A stretch of DNA of 64,000 nucleotides from Streptosporangiaceae bacterium (GTDB lineage: Bacteria; Actinomycetota; Actinomycetes; Streptosporangiales; Streptosporangiaceae). Shown in pieces: positions 46,988 through 59,124 of this stretch (position 1 is its first letter; the number at the start of each line of letters is the position of its first letter). The notes beneath the pieces are model-generated. The model saw nothing but the letters and a program-made list of their open reading frames with translations. It ran no database searches and was not told where the DNA came from. A program made the translations under genes and the position numbers. The stretch is from the NCBI GenBank assembly GCA_035763085.1, contig DASUBV010000339.1, forward strand, positions 2,224 to 66,223. The letters run 5' to 3'.

Positions 46988-48367
46988 CTAGCGCCCGGCC
47001 GGCCGCATGAGCTTGCGGGCCGCCTCGGTCAGGCTGCCCGACAGCGACGGGTACACCGCGAAGGTGTGCGCCACCTGATCGACGGTCAGCATCTGCTCGA
47101 CGGCCAGTGAGATGCCCAGGATGAGCTCGCTGGCCCGCGGCGCGACCACCACCCCGCCCAGGATGGTGCCGCCACTGCGGCTGGCGAACAGCTTGACGAA
47201 GCCGTCCCGGAAGCCCTGCATCTTGGCCCGCGCGTTGGTGGCCAGCGGCAGCTTGACCACCACGGCCTCGGCCTCCCCGGACTCGACGGCCTGCTCGGTG
47301 ATGCCGACCGTGGCGATCTCCGGCTCGGTGAAGATGGTCGCCGCCACATGGCTGAGCCTCAGCGGCTGGACCGCGTCGCCCAGGGCATGCCACATCGCGA
47401 TGCGGCCCTGCATAGCGGCCACCGAGGCGAGCATCAGCACGCCGGTGCAGTCCCCGGCCGCGTAGACACCGGGCTGCGAGGTCCTGGACACCTTGTCCAC
47501 GCCGATGAAGCCCCGGCTGTCCATGGCGACACCAGCCTGCTGCAGTCCCAGCCCGCTGGTGCTGGGCACCATGCCGACCGTCATCAGGCAGTGCGAGCCG
47601 CGCACGACCCGGCCGTCCTGCAGGATGACCGACACCCCGGACGCGGTCCGCTTCACCTCCGTGCCGCGGGACCGGCTGAGCACGGTCATGCCGCGGCGCC
47701 GGAATACCTCCTCGACCACCACGGCGGCATCGGCGTCCTCGTGCGGCAGCACGTGCTCGCGGGAGGAGACGAGGGTGACCTGTGAGCCGAGCGCCTGGTA
47801 GGCGCCGGCGAACTCGGCGCCGGTCACCCCGGAGCCGACCACGATCAGCTCCGGCGGCAGCTCGGGCAGGTCGTACAGCTGCCGCCAGGTCAGCACCCGC
47901 TCCCCGTCGGGCTCGGCTCCGGGCAGGATCCGCGGGTGCGCGCCGGTGGCGATCAGCACGGCGTCCGCGGCGATCTCCCGGCCGCCGGCGGCGACGGTCC
48001 GCGGCCCGGTCAGCCGGGCCCGGCCGACGATGACCTCGACGCCCTCGGCCGCCAGCCGGGCGGCCACGTCGGCGGACTGGGCCACGGCCAGGTCGCGGAC
48101 CCGCGTGTACAGGCGCGGGGCGTCCACGCTGACCCGGCGGGCGTCCACCTGGATGCCCAGCCCGGCCGCCCCCTCCAGCTCGGTCATCATGCCGGAGGTG
48201 GCGATGAGCGTCTTGGACGGCACGCAGTCCGTCAGAACGCACGCTCCGCCCAGGCCGTCGCGCTCCACGATGGTCACGGCGGCACCGAGCTGAGCGGCGA
48301 CCAGGGCGGCCTCATACCCGCCCGGTCCGCCGCCGATGATTACGACCCTGGGCTGCGGTTGGCTCAC
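46988..48367 (-). CDS. lpdA: Pyridine nucleotide-disulfide oxidoreductase, LpdA-type NAD(P)H quinone reductase / dihydrolipoyl dehydrogenase family
   Basis: VVIIGGGPGGYEAAL FAD motif, GGACVLTDCVPSK redox-active disulfide, second Rossmann motif VVGSGVTGAEFA. Confidence 0.85.
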   Translation of the reverse strand: MSQPQPRVVIIGGGPGGYEAALVAAQLGAAVTIVERDGLGGACVLTDCVPSKTLIATSGMMTELEGAAGLGIQVDARRVSVDAPRLYTRVRDLAVAQSADVAARLAAEGVEVIVGRARLTGPRTVAAGGREIAADAVLIATGAHPRILPGAEPDGERVLTWRQLYDLPELPPELIVVGSGVTGAEFAGAYQALGSQVTLVSSREHVLPHEDADAAVVVEEVFRRRGMTVLSRSRGTEVKRTASGVSVILQDGRVVRGSHCLMTVGMVPSTSGLGLQQAGVAMDSRGFIGVDKVSRTSQPGVYAAGDCTGVLMLASVAAMQGRIAMWHALGDAVQPLRLSHVAATIFTEPEIATVGITEQAVESGEAEAVVVKLPLATNARAKMQGFRDGFVKLFASRSGGTILGGVVVAPRASELILGISLAVEQMLTVDQVAHTFAVYPSLSGSLTEAARKLMRPAGR

Positions 48368-48441
48368 GTTGCCCTATTATCCGCCCGGCACCGGACGGTC
48401 GGTGCCACGTGGGGTGCGCTAGCCCCCTACGCTTGGCAATC

Positions 48442-48894
48442 GTGGCGATATACGCGGCGTATGGCAGCAACATGAACCCGGCACAGATGGCAGAACGCTG
48501 CCCGCACTCGCCGCAGCGCGGTACCGGCTGGCTGGAAGGCTGGCGGCTGACCTTCGGCGGCGAGGATCTCAACTGGGAGGGTGCCCTGGGCACCGTGGTC
48601 GAGGAGGCTGACTCGCGGGTTTTCGTCGCCCTGTATGACCTGTCTGAGGCCGACGAGGCCGCCCTGGACAGCTGGGATGGCGCCACCCTCGGCTACTACC
48701 GCAAGTCCAGGGTCCGGGTTGCCACCCTCGACGGCGACGTCGTGGCCTGGCTGTATGTCATCAACGGCTATGAGGGCGGGGTGCCGTCCGCCCGCTACCT
48801 GGGCATCATGGCCGACGCCGCGGAAGCCGCCGGGGCGCCCGCTGACTACGTCGCCGACCTGCGCGCCCGCCCGTGTTCCTCGGTGGGCATCTAG
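48442..48894 (+). CDS. Gamma-glutamylcyclotransferase (AIG2/GGCT-like) family protein
   Basis: The YAAYGSNMNPAQMAERCP N-terminal motif is typical of the GGCT fold. Start is GTG 48442 or GTG 48409. Confidence 0.75.
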   Translation: MAIYAAYGSNMNPAQMAERCPHSPQRGTGWLEGWRLTFGGEDLNWEGALGTVVEEADSRVFVALYDLSEADEAALDSWDGATLGYYRKSRVRVATLDGDVVAWLYVINGYEGGVPSARYLGIMADAAEAAGAPADYVADLRARPCSSVGI

Positions 48895-48912
48895 GCCAGG
48901 CAGGCAGATCCG

Positions 48913-49389
48913 ATGACCGATTCACCAGCGAAAACCCTGACCATCGCCGAGCTGTCGGCTCGCAGCGGCGCGGCCCCCTCCGCGCTGCGCTACTACGAGA
49001 GCATCGGCCTGATCCGGGCCGAGCGGACGACGGGCAACCAGCGCCGGTACCCCCGGTACATGCTGCGCCGGATCGCCTTCATCCGCGCCGGGCGGCAGCT
49101 GGGCCTGTCGCTGCGCGAGATCAAAGCCGCCCTGGACACCCTCCCGGACAACAAGGCGCCGACCCGGCAGCAGTGGGGCCGGGCCGCGCGGACCTGGCAG
49201 AACCGCATCGACGACCGGATCGCCGAGCTGCAGCGGCTGTCGGACACCCTGGGCAGCTGCATCGGCTGCGGCTGCCTGTCGCTGCGGACCTGCGCGCTTT
49301 ACAACCCCGCCGACACGGCCGCCACCCTGGGTGCGGGCGCCCGCTGGCTGCTGGGCGACGAATCCCCGGCTGGTTCCGCAGGAACCTAG
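48913..49389 (+). CDS. soxR: Redox-sensitive MerR-family transcriptional activator SoxR
   Basis: MerR HTH LTIAELSARSGAAPSALRYYESIGLI and the [2Fe-2S] motif CIGCGCLSLRTCALYNP. Confidence 0.9.
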   Translation: MTDSPAKTLTIAELSARSGAAPSALRYYESIGLIRAERTTGNQRRYPRYMLRRIAFIRAGRQLGLSLREIKAALDTLPDNKAPTRQQWGRAARTWQNRIDDRIAELQRLSDTLGSCIGCGCLSLRTCALYNPADTAATLGAGARWLLGDESPAGSAGT

Positions 49390-49415
49390 GCAAAACGGGC
49401 GATGCGGCGGGCGGC

Positions 49416-50339
49416 TCAGTGGGCGGCGATGACCGAGATCATGAGGGCGATAGGGACCAGCACGGCGGCGATCGGGAGCCATGCCCAGTGGCTCTCCAGG
49501 ACGCCGCCGGCGGCGCCGGCGCCGCGGGCTGCGTCGCAGCGCCTAGCCAGCTCGGCTGCCATCACGTGGCTGGGGTGCTGATTAGCCAGCTCCTTGGCCT
49601 TGTCCGGCATCCGGGCGAATGACGGCGTCGACCCCCGGTTCAGGCCAGTCTCCCAGGTCTCGCCCGGCGCGATCTCATACCGGCGCTGGGCCCGGTAGTC
49701 GTGCCGCTGGCGCCATTTCCGGGCACCAGTCCCTGATCGCAGCTCAGCCCGGGCCCGGGAGCGCCGTGGCGAGTACAGCGCCCAGCTGTAGACCGTCTTC
49801 TCCGGCTTCGGGGCCGAGCGCTCGCACTGGATCTCGACGGAGTCGCCGAGGAAAACGCCCGCGACACCGCCCCACGGCACCCGGTAGTCCCGGAACGGGT
49901 TCAGCACGGTCAGGCCGGCGTCATCGCTGATCACCCTTGGCCGCAGCGTGCACACGTACATGAGCCCGGTCACGACCAGGAGCACGGCCGTGACCTGGAC
50001 CGCGAACCAGCTGTGGGACTGAATAGCGAGGTCAATGATGTTGGCCAGGGCGAAGGCGACCCAGACCCACCACAGCACCAGCGGCGGCATCAGCCGGAAG
50101 ATCGTCCGGCCGTCCTCGGTGGTGCGCCAGGCGGACTTCAGGATGGTAGTGCTCCCGCCGACACCCCGGCTGGCCATGCCCGCGGCCTGGCCAGGCCCGG
50201 GCGGAACGGGGCGCGCAGGCTTAGCGCCGGCGCCCTGCGTGACGGGATCAGGCGGCACGGGCCCGGGCATCGCCTGCGGAGCAGACGACCGGTCCGGCCG
50301 GCTGCCTCCCGAAGATGCCTGATCCTGCTCAGACGCCAT
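49416..50339 (-). CDS. Membrane protein with PH-like (low-molecular-weight antigen 6-type) domain and disordered N-terminus
   Basis: Two TM segments (LVLWWVWVAFALANIIDL, FAVQVTAVLLVVTGLMYV), then RVISDDAGLTVLNPFRDYRVPWGGVAGVF, and a C-terminal TM. ATG 50339 chosen. Confidence 0.6.
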   Translation of the reverse strand: MASEQDQASSGGSRPDRSSAPQAMPGPVPPDPVTQGAGAKPARPVPPGPGQAAGMASRGVGGSTTILKSAWRTTEDGRTIFRLMPPLVLWWVWVAFALANIIDLAIQSHSWFAVQVTAVLLVVTGLMYVCTLRPRVISDDAGLTVLNPFRDYRVPWGGVAGVFLGDSVEIQCERSAPKPEKTVYSWALYSPRRSRARAELRSGTGARKWRQRHDYRAQRRYEIAPGETWETGLNRGSTPSFARMPDKAKELANQHPSHVMAAELARRCDAARGAGAAGGVLESHWAWLPIAAVLVPIALMISVIAAH

Positions 50340-50835
50340 GGCGACGCTCCTGATGAGCCCAGAAAGTCCACGACCGCCCCGCTGGCGGCGCGGCCCCAAG
50401 CTTATGCGCTAAGGCCGATAGCCCCGTCTACCCCAATGCTCCTAGCCAAACCCCGCCAGCCACCCCTGACCCCGGCAGCACCGGCCGCCCGGCCAGACCC
50501 ACTCGCCCGCCAGCCCCCCGAGGCGGAGGCTAGCGGAAAGGAACGGGAGGGTGAAGCGGAGGACGCGCCTGACATGCGGTAATCCCTCCTGTAAAGCCTG
50601 GTCTGTCCGGACCGATGCCCTGAGGCGCCGTCAGGCGCCCGCGAGCGAGTCAGGCCGGGCGCCGGCGCCGTCTGGCCTGCGGAGCCCAGAGCGAGTCGGA
50701 GGGGCCGCCGAGGGCGCCTGGGCTGATGAGCCCGCGACGCGGGAAGGCACTGCCTCCAGGGCACCCCGCCGGCCCGCCGGCAAGCAGAGCGGGCCGGAGG
50801 GGCGCCGGCGGCGCCTCCCACCGGGTGAGGAGCAG

Positions 50836-52080
50836 CTAGCCAGTGACGGCTACGCCGGGAAGGGGAAGGGGAACGCTGGGGCCGCTGCCGCCGATGGCCG
50901 TCAGGGCGGTGGCCGCCATGAGCCGGACGCCGACACCGATGGCCCGCTCGTCCACATCGAACACGGCCTGGTGGATGTCGAAATCGTCCGCCGAGCCCGG
51001 CCGCCGGGTGCCGAGCCGGGCTAGCGCGCCGGGGATCGACTCCAGGTACCAGGCGAAATCCTCGCCGCCCAGGCTCTGCGCCGCCGGGGTCACCGACTCC
51101 GGGCCGAGCACCCGGTCGGCGGCGGCCTCGATCATGGCCGTGCAGATGGCGTCGTTCACCGTCGGCGGGACGTTGCGCTGGTAGGTGATGTCGGCGACCA
51201 CCCCGTAGGACATGGCCACGGACTCGACCAGCGACTTGACCATGTCCGGGGCCGCGTGCCAGGCCTCGTCGTCCAGGCACCGCACCGTGCCCTCGACGAT
51301 GCCGTCGTCGGGGATGGCGTTCGCTGCCGAGCCGGCCGAGACCCGGCCCCAGACCAGGCTCAGGCTGGAGCGCGGGTCAACTCGCCGGGACAGGGCGGCG
51401 GGAAGCTCGGTGATGATCTTGCCGAGGGCGAAGACCAGGTCGGCGGTCAGGTGCGGCCGCGCGGTGTGCCCGCCCGGGCCGGACACCTTGACCTGGATCT
51501 TGTCGCAGGCGGCCGTGATCGGGCCCGAGCGGGTCCCGATCTTGCCCACGTCCAGTCGCGGGTCGCAGTGCAGGGCGAAGATCCGGTCGACCGAGGCGAT
51601 CCCGCCGGCCGCCATCACGTCGACGGCACCGCCCGGCACCTCCTCGGCGGGCTGGAAGACCAGCCGCACCTTGCCGGGCAGCACTCCGGCGGCGCGGGCG
51701 CGGGCCAGGAACAGCCCGGTCCCGACCAGGATGGTCGTGTGCACGTCATGGCCGCAGGCGTGGCACGCCCCGCGCATGGTGGACCGGTAGGGGACGTCTT
51801 TCTCGTCGGTGATCGGCAGCGCGTCGATGTCGGCGCGCAGCGCCACGAGTGGCTCATCGGCCGACTGACCGCCGATATCCACGATCAGCCCGGTGCCCTT
51901 GGGCAGCACCATGGGGCGCAGCCCGGCCGCTTCCAGCCGCAGCGCGATTCGCCGGGTGGTCCGGTACTCGTGGTAGCCGGTCTCCGGGTGCGCGTGCAGG
52001 TCACGCCGGAAGTCGATGAGCTCCGCCTCGTGCCCGGCCAGGAAAGCGTCCAGCTCCCCTTCCAGGTCATGCTCGGCCAT
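50836..52080 (-). CDS. M20-family amidohydrolase (N-acyl-L-amino acid amidohydrolase / AmiA-AmiB-like)
   Basis: FRRDLHAHPE, ALRADIDALP, HACGHDVH, FQPAEE metal-binding pattern. The start ATG 52080 overlaps the upstream GCS2 gene by 14 nt. Confidence 0.88.
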   Translation of the reverse strand: MAEHDLEGELDAFLAGHEAELIDFRRDLHAHPETGYHEYRTTRRIALRLEAAGLRPMVLPKGTGLIVDIGGQSADEPLVALRADIDALPITDEKDVPYRSTMRGACHACGHDVHTTILVGTGLFLARARAAGVLPGKVRLVFQPAEEVPGGAVDVMAAGGIASVDRIFALHCDPRLDVGKIGTRSGPITAACDKIQVKVSGPGGHTARPHLTADLVFALGKIITELPAALSRRVDPRSSLSLVWGRVSAGSAANAIPDDGIVEGTVRCLDDEAWHAAPDMVKSLVESVAMSYGVVADITYQRNVPPTVNDAICTAMIEAAADRVLGPESVTPAAQSLGGEDFAWYLESIPGALARLGTRRPGSADDFDIHQAVFDVDERAIGVGVRLMAATALTAIGGSGPSVPLPLPGVAVTG

Positions 52081-53236
52081 GAACCGCCTCCCCCGGGCCG
52101 ACGAAGCGATCGTCCGCGAACTCCGCCGCGAGCGCGTCCACGACATCGGGCAGGTCGCCGCCATTCTCGACGACGGCCCGCTGCCGCTCATACGACGCGC
52201 CCTGGTCGAGGACCTCGAACGCCACGCCGAGCTCCTCGGCGCAGCCGAGCCGCTCCGCCACCGGCTCCAGCTCGTGGACCAGCTCATACAACTGGTCACG
52301 CAGCGGGGCCGTCGACCCGTAATCGTCTGTTATTACCATCGCATCCAGGCCATACCTGGTTGCGCGCCACTTGTTATCCCGGACCACCCAGGCGGCCGGC
52401 GCGGGCAGCTTGTACCCCCGGTCGAGCTGGGCGTCGAGCAGGTCGACAAGCGACTGCGCGAGAGCGGCGGCCATGCCGATCTCACGCAGCGTGGGCAGCC
52501 CGTCAAACATCCGGACCTCGACGGTGCCGAAGTCCGGGTGCGGCCGGATATCCCACCACACCTCCTTGATGCTCCGGATGGTACCGGCTCTCAGAAGCGT
52601 GTCCATGTAGTTCTCGAACTCACTCCAGTCCGTTAATAGCTGTGGCGGCCCCGAGGTGGGCAGCCCGCCGAAGATCACGGACCGGCTCGAGGCGAGCCCT
52701 GTGTCGTGCCCGCTCCAGAACGGGCTTGATGCGGTCAGCGCCAGGAAATGCGGCAGGTAGCCGGCGAGCGCATTGACGATGGGTATCGCCTTGCTCCGGT
52801 CGCGAATACCCACGTGCACGTGCACGCCGAAAGTCTGGATCCTGCGGGCAAGCCACTGCAAATTCTCAAGCAGCTCGGCATATCGCTGAATAGGCGCCAT
52901 CTTGGCATCCCGCCAGTCACTGACAGGATGAGTACCAGCACAGGCCAGCATCGTACCGCGCTCACCGGTTATTCGCTGAAGTTGCGAGATTGTGGCGGCA
53001 AGGTCCCCCTTCGCCTCACCGACCGTGCTGCACACCCCGGTGATGACCTCCACCGTGGACTGCATCAGCTCGTACTTCATCTTGGGATGCTCGCCGGACT
53101 CCGACACGCCCGGCACGGCGGCCAGCACCTCGCGTGCGTCCTGCCGGAGCATCCGGGTGTGCCGGTCGATGAGCTGCAGTTCCCATTCGATGCCCAGCGT
53201 GGGCCCGCGGGACGGATTCCAGGAGATCGCGGCCAT
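52067..53236 (-). CDS. Carboxylate-amine ligase, glutamate--cysteine ligase family 2 (YbdK-like)
   Basis: LGIEWELQLID, ELMQSTVEV, FGVHVHVG, LALTASSPFW, WWDIRPHP.FGTVEVRM are hallmark GCS2 blocks. Confidence 0.88.
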   Translation of the reverse strand: MAAISWNPSRGPTLGIEWELQLIDRHTRMLRQDAREVLAAVPGVSESGEHPKMKYELMQSTVEVITGVCSTVGEAKGDLAATISQLQRITGERGTMLACAGTHPVSDWRDAKMAPIQRYAELLENLQWLARRIQTFGVHVHVGIRDRSKAIPIVNALAGYLPHFLALTASSPFWSGHDTGLASSRSVIFGGLPTSGPPQLLTDWSEFENYMDTLLRAGTIRSIKEVWWDIRPHPDFGTVEVRMFDGLPTLREIGMAAALAQSLVDLLDAQLDRGYKLPAPAAWVVRDNKWRATRYGLDAMVITDDYGSTAPLRDQLYELVHELEPVAERLGCAEELGVAFEVLDQGASYERQRAVVENGGDLPDVVDALAAEFADDRFVGPGEAVHGRA

Positions 53237-53295
53237 GCGCTGCTGCCTTTCGCTGCCGGGACCGGGGACGGGGCGGACGCCGCCTGGCGGGGCGG

Positions 53296-54876
<1,581 letters not shown>

Positions 54877-55038
54877 ACGACCAGATTATGGCGTGTGTTG
54901 GCGGGGTCCTAGGTGGGGAAGGTCACAGCGAGTGACGCGCCGTGGTACGGCCGCAACATATGCTGCATCGCAGCCCTCAGCGGCGTCACGTGCGTAGTGT
55001 TCTGGTGCTGATCAGCGCGAGAGGTTGAGTACGGGAAA

Positions 55039-56235
55039 ATGAGAGCTGCTGCTCGTCTGCGTGCTGCTGCCCTGGCCGGGGCGGCCGGGGTCGTGACGCT
55101 GGCGCTGGTGCCCGCCGGGCCGGCCGTCGCGGGAGCCGCGCGCCTGGCGCACGCGGAGCACCCGGCGCAGCCGGGGAACGCCCGCCCGGACAAGGCGGCG
55201 CGGCAGGTGGTGGGCGGCACGCGGCTGGCCAGCCGCGGCGTCGTGGTGAACTATCCCGCCGGGCATCCGCGGCGGCTGCCGAAGGTGCCGGCCTCGGCCT
55301 ACGTCATCGCTGACGCCACGACCGGCCAGGTGCTGGCGGCCCGTGACCCGCACGGCGAGTACGCCCCGGCCTCCACGCTGAAGATGCTGACCGCGATCAC
55401 GCTGATCCCGCGGCTGGACCCGGACGCCCGGCTGCTCACCACCAGCCGGGCGGCCATGCAGGAGCCCAACGACGTGGGCATCCTGCCCGGCCACCGGTAC
55501 AAGGCGGCCGACCTGTTCCGGGCGCTGCTGCTGATCTCGGCCAATGACGCGGCGATGGCACTGACCCAGGCCACCGGCTCGTTCGACAAGGGCATGGCGC
55601 TGATCAACGCCGAGGCGCACCACCTGCAGGCCTACGACGTGGTGGCCAAGCTGCCCAACGGGCTGCCCGCGCGCGGCCAGGTGGTGTCGGCCTATGACGA
55701 GGCGCTGATCGCCCGGCAGGCCCTGGCCACGCCGGCGTTCATGAAGTACGACCGGACGCCGTCCGCGCGGTTCAAGGTCAAGAACAAGAAGTGGGTCACG
55801 CTGGTCAACCAGAACAGCCTGCTGAGGGACTACCGCGGCGCCCTGGGCGGCAAGATCGGCTGGACGGTCAAGTCCAAGGCGACCTACATCGGCATGGCCA
55901 GGCGGCACGGCGTCACGCTAATCGTGACGGTGCTGCACTGCACGCCGCTGCTGGAGGTCAAGGCCGGCGAGGCGCTGCTGACCTGGGGCTTCGCGATGGA
56001 CGGCAAGGTGCGCCCGGTCGGCACGCTGGTTCCGCCGCTCCAGCCGGCCGCGGCCAGCGCGACGCACAAGAAGGCCAGTCCGAAGTCGGTGCAGCTCAGC
56101 AACGAGGCCGCCGCCTCGTCCACCGGGGAGGACGCGGGGCTGGCCATCGGCGCGGGCATCGCCGCGGCGCTGGTGTTCGGGCTGGGCGCGCTCGCGGTCC
56201 GGCGCATGACGAGATCGGCGAGACGAGCTCGCTGA
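55039..56235 (+). CDS. dacB: D-alanyl-D-alanine carboxypeptidase (S11 low-MW PBP) with C-terminal membrane anchor
   Basis: Signal peptide. SxxK (ASTLK), SxN (SAND), KxG (KIGWT). C-terminal TM LAIGAGIAAALVFGLGALAV. Confidence 0.88.
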   Translation: MRAAARLRAAALAGAAGVVTLALVPAGPAVAGAARLAHAEHPAQPGNARPDKAARQVVGGTRLASRGVVVNYPAGHPRRLPKVPASAYVIADATTGQVLAARDPHGEYAPASTLKMLTAITLIPRLDPDARLLTTSRAAMQEPNDVGILPGHRYKAADLFRALLLISANDAAMALTQATGSFDKGMALINAEAHHLQAYDVVAKLPNGLPARGQVVSAYDEALIARQALATPAFMKYDRTPSARFKVKNKKWVTLVNQNSLLRDYRGALGGKIGWTVKSKATYIGMARRHGVTLIVTVLHCTPLLEVKAGEALLTWGFAMDGKVRPVGTLVPPLQPAAASATHKKASPKSVQLSNEAAASSTGEDAGLAIGAGIAAALVFGLGALAVRRMTRSARRAR

Positions 56236-56270
56236 GGCCCGGCCGTTCCGTTATGAGTAAGTCCTGACGG

Positions 56271-57275
56271 TCATCCGGCGGGCAGGAAACCCATCCGGTC
56301 CCGGACGGCGGCCATCATGGGCCGGGCGATCTGGCTGGCCCGCGCCGCGCCGCCGGCCAGCAGCGCGTCCAGCTCGGACTCGTTGGCCAGCAGCTTCTCG
56401 GTCCGCTCGCGCACCGGGGCCAGCGTGTCGGTCACGACCTGGGCCAGGTCCTTCTTGAAGGTGCCGTAGCCGGCGCCGGCGTAGCGCTGCTCCAGGCTCT
56501 CCATGGTCTCGCCGCCGAGCGCGGAGAAGATCCGCAGCAGGTTGGTGACACCGGGCTTGGCGGTCTCGTCGGCGCGGATCTGGCCGTCGGCATCGGTGAC
56601 GGCGCGCATGATCTTCTTGCGGATGGCGCCGGGATCCTCCAGGACATCGATGATGCCCTGCGGGGTGGACGCCGACTTGCTCATCTTGATGGCCGGGTCC
56701 TGCAGGTCGGCGATCTTGGCCACCTCGGGCAGGATGTAGGCGTCCGGGACGACGAAGGTCTTGCCGTAGCGGTGATTGAACCGCTGGGCGAGGTCACGGG
56801 TCAGCTCGAGGTGCTGGCGCTGGTCCTCGCCGACCGGCACCTGGTCGGTGTTGTAGAGCAGGATGTCGGCAGCCTGCAGGATCGGGTAGGTGAACAGCCC
56901 GACGCTGGCCGCCTCGGCGCCGCCCTTGGCCGACTTGTCCTTGAACTGGACCATCCGGCTGGCCTCGCCGAAGCCGGTCAGGCAGGACAGCACCCAGGCC
57001 AGCTCGGCGTGCTCGGGCACGTGGCTCTGCACGAACACGATGGAGCGCTCGGGATCCAGCCCGGCGGCGAACAGCTGAGCGGCCGCGACCCGGCTGCGGC
57101 GGCGCAGGTCGGCGGGCTTCTGCGGCACGGTGACGGCGTGCAGGTCGACCACGCAGTAGACGGTGTCGTGGGTCTCCTGGAGGGCGACCCACTGCCGGAC
57201 GGCACCCAGGTAGTTGCCGATGTGGAACGAGTCGGCGGTGGGCTGGATGCCGGAGAAGACGCGTGGTCGGGACAT
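56271..57275 (-). CDS. trpS: Tryptophan--tRNA ligase
   Basis: [16 protein letters not shown] (HIGH-type), KMSKS motif, class Ic pattern. ATG 57275. Confidence 0.95.
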   Translation of the reverse strand: MSRPRVFSGIQPTADSFHIGNYLGAVRQWVALQETHDTVYCVVDLHAVTVPQKPADLRRRSRVAAAQLFAAGLDPERSIVFVQSHVPEHAELAWVLSCLTGFGEASRMVQFKDKSAKGGAEAASVGLFTYPILQAADILLYNTDQVPVGEDQRQHLELTRDLAQRFNHRYGKTFVVPDAYILPEVAKIADLQDPAIKMSKSASTPQGIIDVLEDPGAIRKKIMRAVTDADGQIRADETAKPGVTNLLRIFSALGGETMESLEQRYAGAGYGTFKKDLAQVVTDTLAPVRERTEKLLANESELDALLAGGAARASQIARPMMAAVRDRMGFLPAG

Positions 57276-57345
57276 GCGCGGAATTCTAGTGCTGCCGGGC
57301 AGGCCTGCTGGCCGCCGCCAGCCCGGACCGGATGACCTCCGGTGG

Positions 57346-59109
57346 CTAGCCGGCGGCACGCTGGCTGCTGGCGTTGCCGGTGATGACCGGGACGATCTCC
57401 GGGGCGCCGAGCCGGATGGCGTCGGCGTCCTGGTCGGTGGCCGCGTCCTGGGAGGCCCGCTCGGCTGCGACCCTGGCCTGGTAGTTCTCCAGCTCCCTGG
57501 CCACCTGGCGTGACTTCCAGCCCATCGGCCCGGCCATCAGGCCCGCCGCCTCCGCAGCAGCGGACAGGCCGCGGTCCCAGCTCTCGATGGACACGTGGGT
57601 CCGGCGGGCCAGCACGTCATCCAGGTGCCGGGCGCCCTCGTGCGAGGCGGCGTAGACGACCTCGGCGCGCAGGTAGTCATCGGCGCCCTCCAGCGGGCGG
57701 CCCAGGCCCGGATCGTCGCGGATCAGCTCCAGCACCTCGCCGATCAGCGAGCCGTAGCGGCGCAGCAGGTGCTCGATCCTGGCCACGTGCAGGCCGCAGG
57801 AGCGGGCCAGGGAGTAACGGGAGTTCCACAGCGCCGCGAAACCGTCCGCGCCGGCCAGCGGGATCAGCTCGGTGCAGGACGGGGCGACCTTGCCGTCCAG
57901 GCCGTGGGCCACGGCATCGACGGCGTCCTTGGCCATGACCCGGTAGGTGGTGTACTTGCCGCCGGCGATCATGACCAGGCCGGGCACCGGGTGGGCGACG
58001 GTGTGCTCGCGGGACAGCTTGGAGGTGGGCTCGGACTCCCCGGCCAGCAGCGGCCGCAGGCCCGCGTACACGCCCTCCACGTCATCGCGGGTGAGCGGGA
58101 CGGCCAGGATCTTGTTCAGCTGGCCGAGGATGTAGTCGATGTCGGTCCGGCTGGCCGCGGGGTGGGCCTTGGACAGCGACCACTCGGTGTCGGTGGTGCC
58201 GATGATCCAGTGCCGGCCCCACGGGATGACGAACAGCACGCTGACCGGGGTGCGCAGGATGATGCCGCTGCTGGAGTGAATGCGGTCCCGCGGCACGACC
58301 AGGTGGATGCCCTTGGACGCGCGGACGTTGATGCTGCCGCGCCCGCCGACCATCTCCTGGATGTCGTCGGTCCACACGCCGGTGGCGTTGACGATCTGCT
58401 GGGCGCGGATCTCCAGGGTGCTGCCGGACTCCAGGTCCACCGCCCGGACGCCGGTCACCCGCTCGCCCTCCCGCAGGAATCCGGTGACCTGAGTGCGCGA
58501 GGCGACCCTGGCCCCGTACCCGGCCGCGGTCCGCATCAGGGTGGTCACGTACCGGGCATCGTCGACCTGCGCATCCCAGTACACCAGCGCGCCGGTGAAC
58601 GCCGACTTCTTCAGCGCCGGGACCAGCTTCAGCGCGGAGTGCCGGCTGAGCTGGCGGTGGCCGGGCAGCCCGCGGGCCTGGCCCATGGACATGCCCAGCA
58701 GGTCATACGCCGTCACCCCGGCGCCGACGTAGGCCCGCTCCCACACATGATGGGTGAACGGGAACAGGAACGACACCGGCCGCACCAGGTGCGGTGCCAG
58801 GCGCTGCAGCAGCAGCGACCGCTCGGTCAGCGCCTCCCGGACCAGGCCGACGTTCAGCTGCTCGAGGTAACGCAGGCCCCCGTGGATGAGCTTGCTCGAC
58901 CGCGACGAGGTGCCCGAGCCGAAATCCCTGGCCTCGACCAGGCCGACCGATAGTCCCCGGGTCGCGGCGTCCAGCGCGACGCCGGCGCCGACCACGCCCC
59001 CGCCGACCACGAGCACCTGGTGCTCGGTGGCCGCCAGGGCGGCCAGGGCCGCGCTGCGCTCGGGCGGCCCCAGCTTGCTGTGTCCCGCTTCCACTGTCAC
59101 GGGATGCAC
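57346..59109 (-). CDS. glpD: FAD-dependent glycerol-3-phosphate dehydrogenase
   Basis: [22 protein letters not shown] motif, [16 protein letters not shown], long C-terminal GlpD domain. Confidence 0.9.
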   Translation of the reverse strand: MHPVTVEAGHSKLGPPERSAALAALAATEHQVLVVGGGVVGAGVALDAATRGLSVGLVEARDFGSGTSSRSSKLIHGGLRYLEQLNVGLVREALTERSLLLQRLAPHLVRPVSFLFPFTHHVWERAYVGAGVTAYDLLGMSMGQARGLPGHRQLSRHSALKLVPALKKSAFTGALVYWDAQVDDARYVTTLMRTAAGYGARVASRTQVTGFLREGERVTGVRAVDLESGSTLEIRAQQIVNATGVWTDDIQEMVGGRGSINVRASKGIHLVVPRDRIHSSSGIILRTPVSVLFVIPWGRHWIIGTTDTEWSLSKAHPAASRTDIDYILGQLNKILAVPLTRDDVEGVYAGLRPLLAGESEPTSKLSREHTVAHPVPGLVMIAGGKYTTYRVMAKDAVDAVAHGLDGKVAPSCTELIPLAGADGFAALWNSRYSLARSCGLHVARIEHLLRRYGSLIGEVLELIRDDPGLGRPLEGADDYLRAEVVYAASHEGARHLDDVLARRTHVSIESWDRGLSAAAEAAGLMAGPMGWKSRQVARELENYQARVAAERASQDAATDQDADAIRLGAPEIVPVITGNASSQRAAG

Positions 59110-59124
59110 GCTACCGGGCGGAGG

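Noticed and set aside
48895-49415. Search for a SoxR operator (long palindrome between the -35 and -10 elements) next to soxR or in the lpdA/GGCT divergent region
   Set aside because: I found no extended SoxR-type palindrome by eye. There is only a 7-bp hairpin (ggcaccg..cggtgcc, about 48389-48408) in the lpdA/GGCT intergenic region, so no claim is made.
57276-57345. Possible T-box or other leader upstream of trpS
   Set aside because: Only 70 nt separate trpS from the end of glpD. That is too short for a T-box, and no specifier or terminator architecture is visible.
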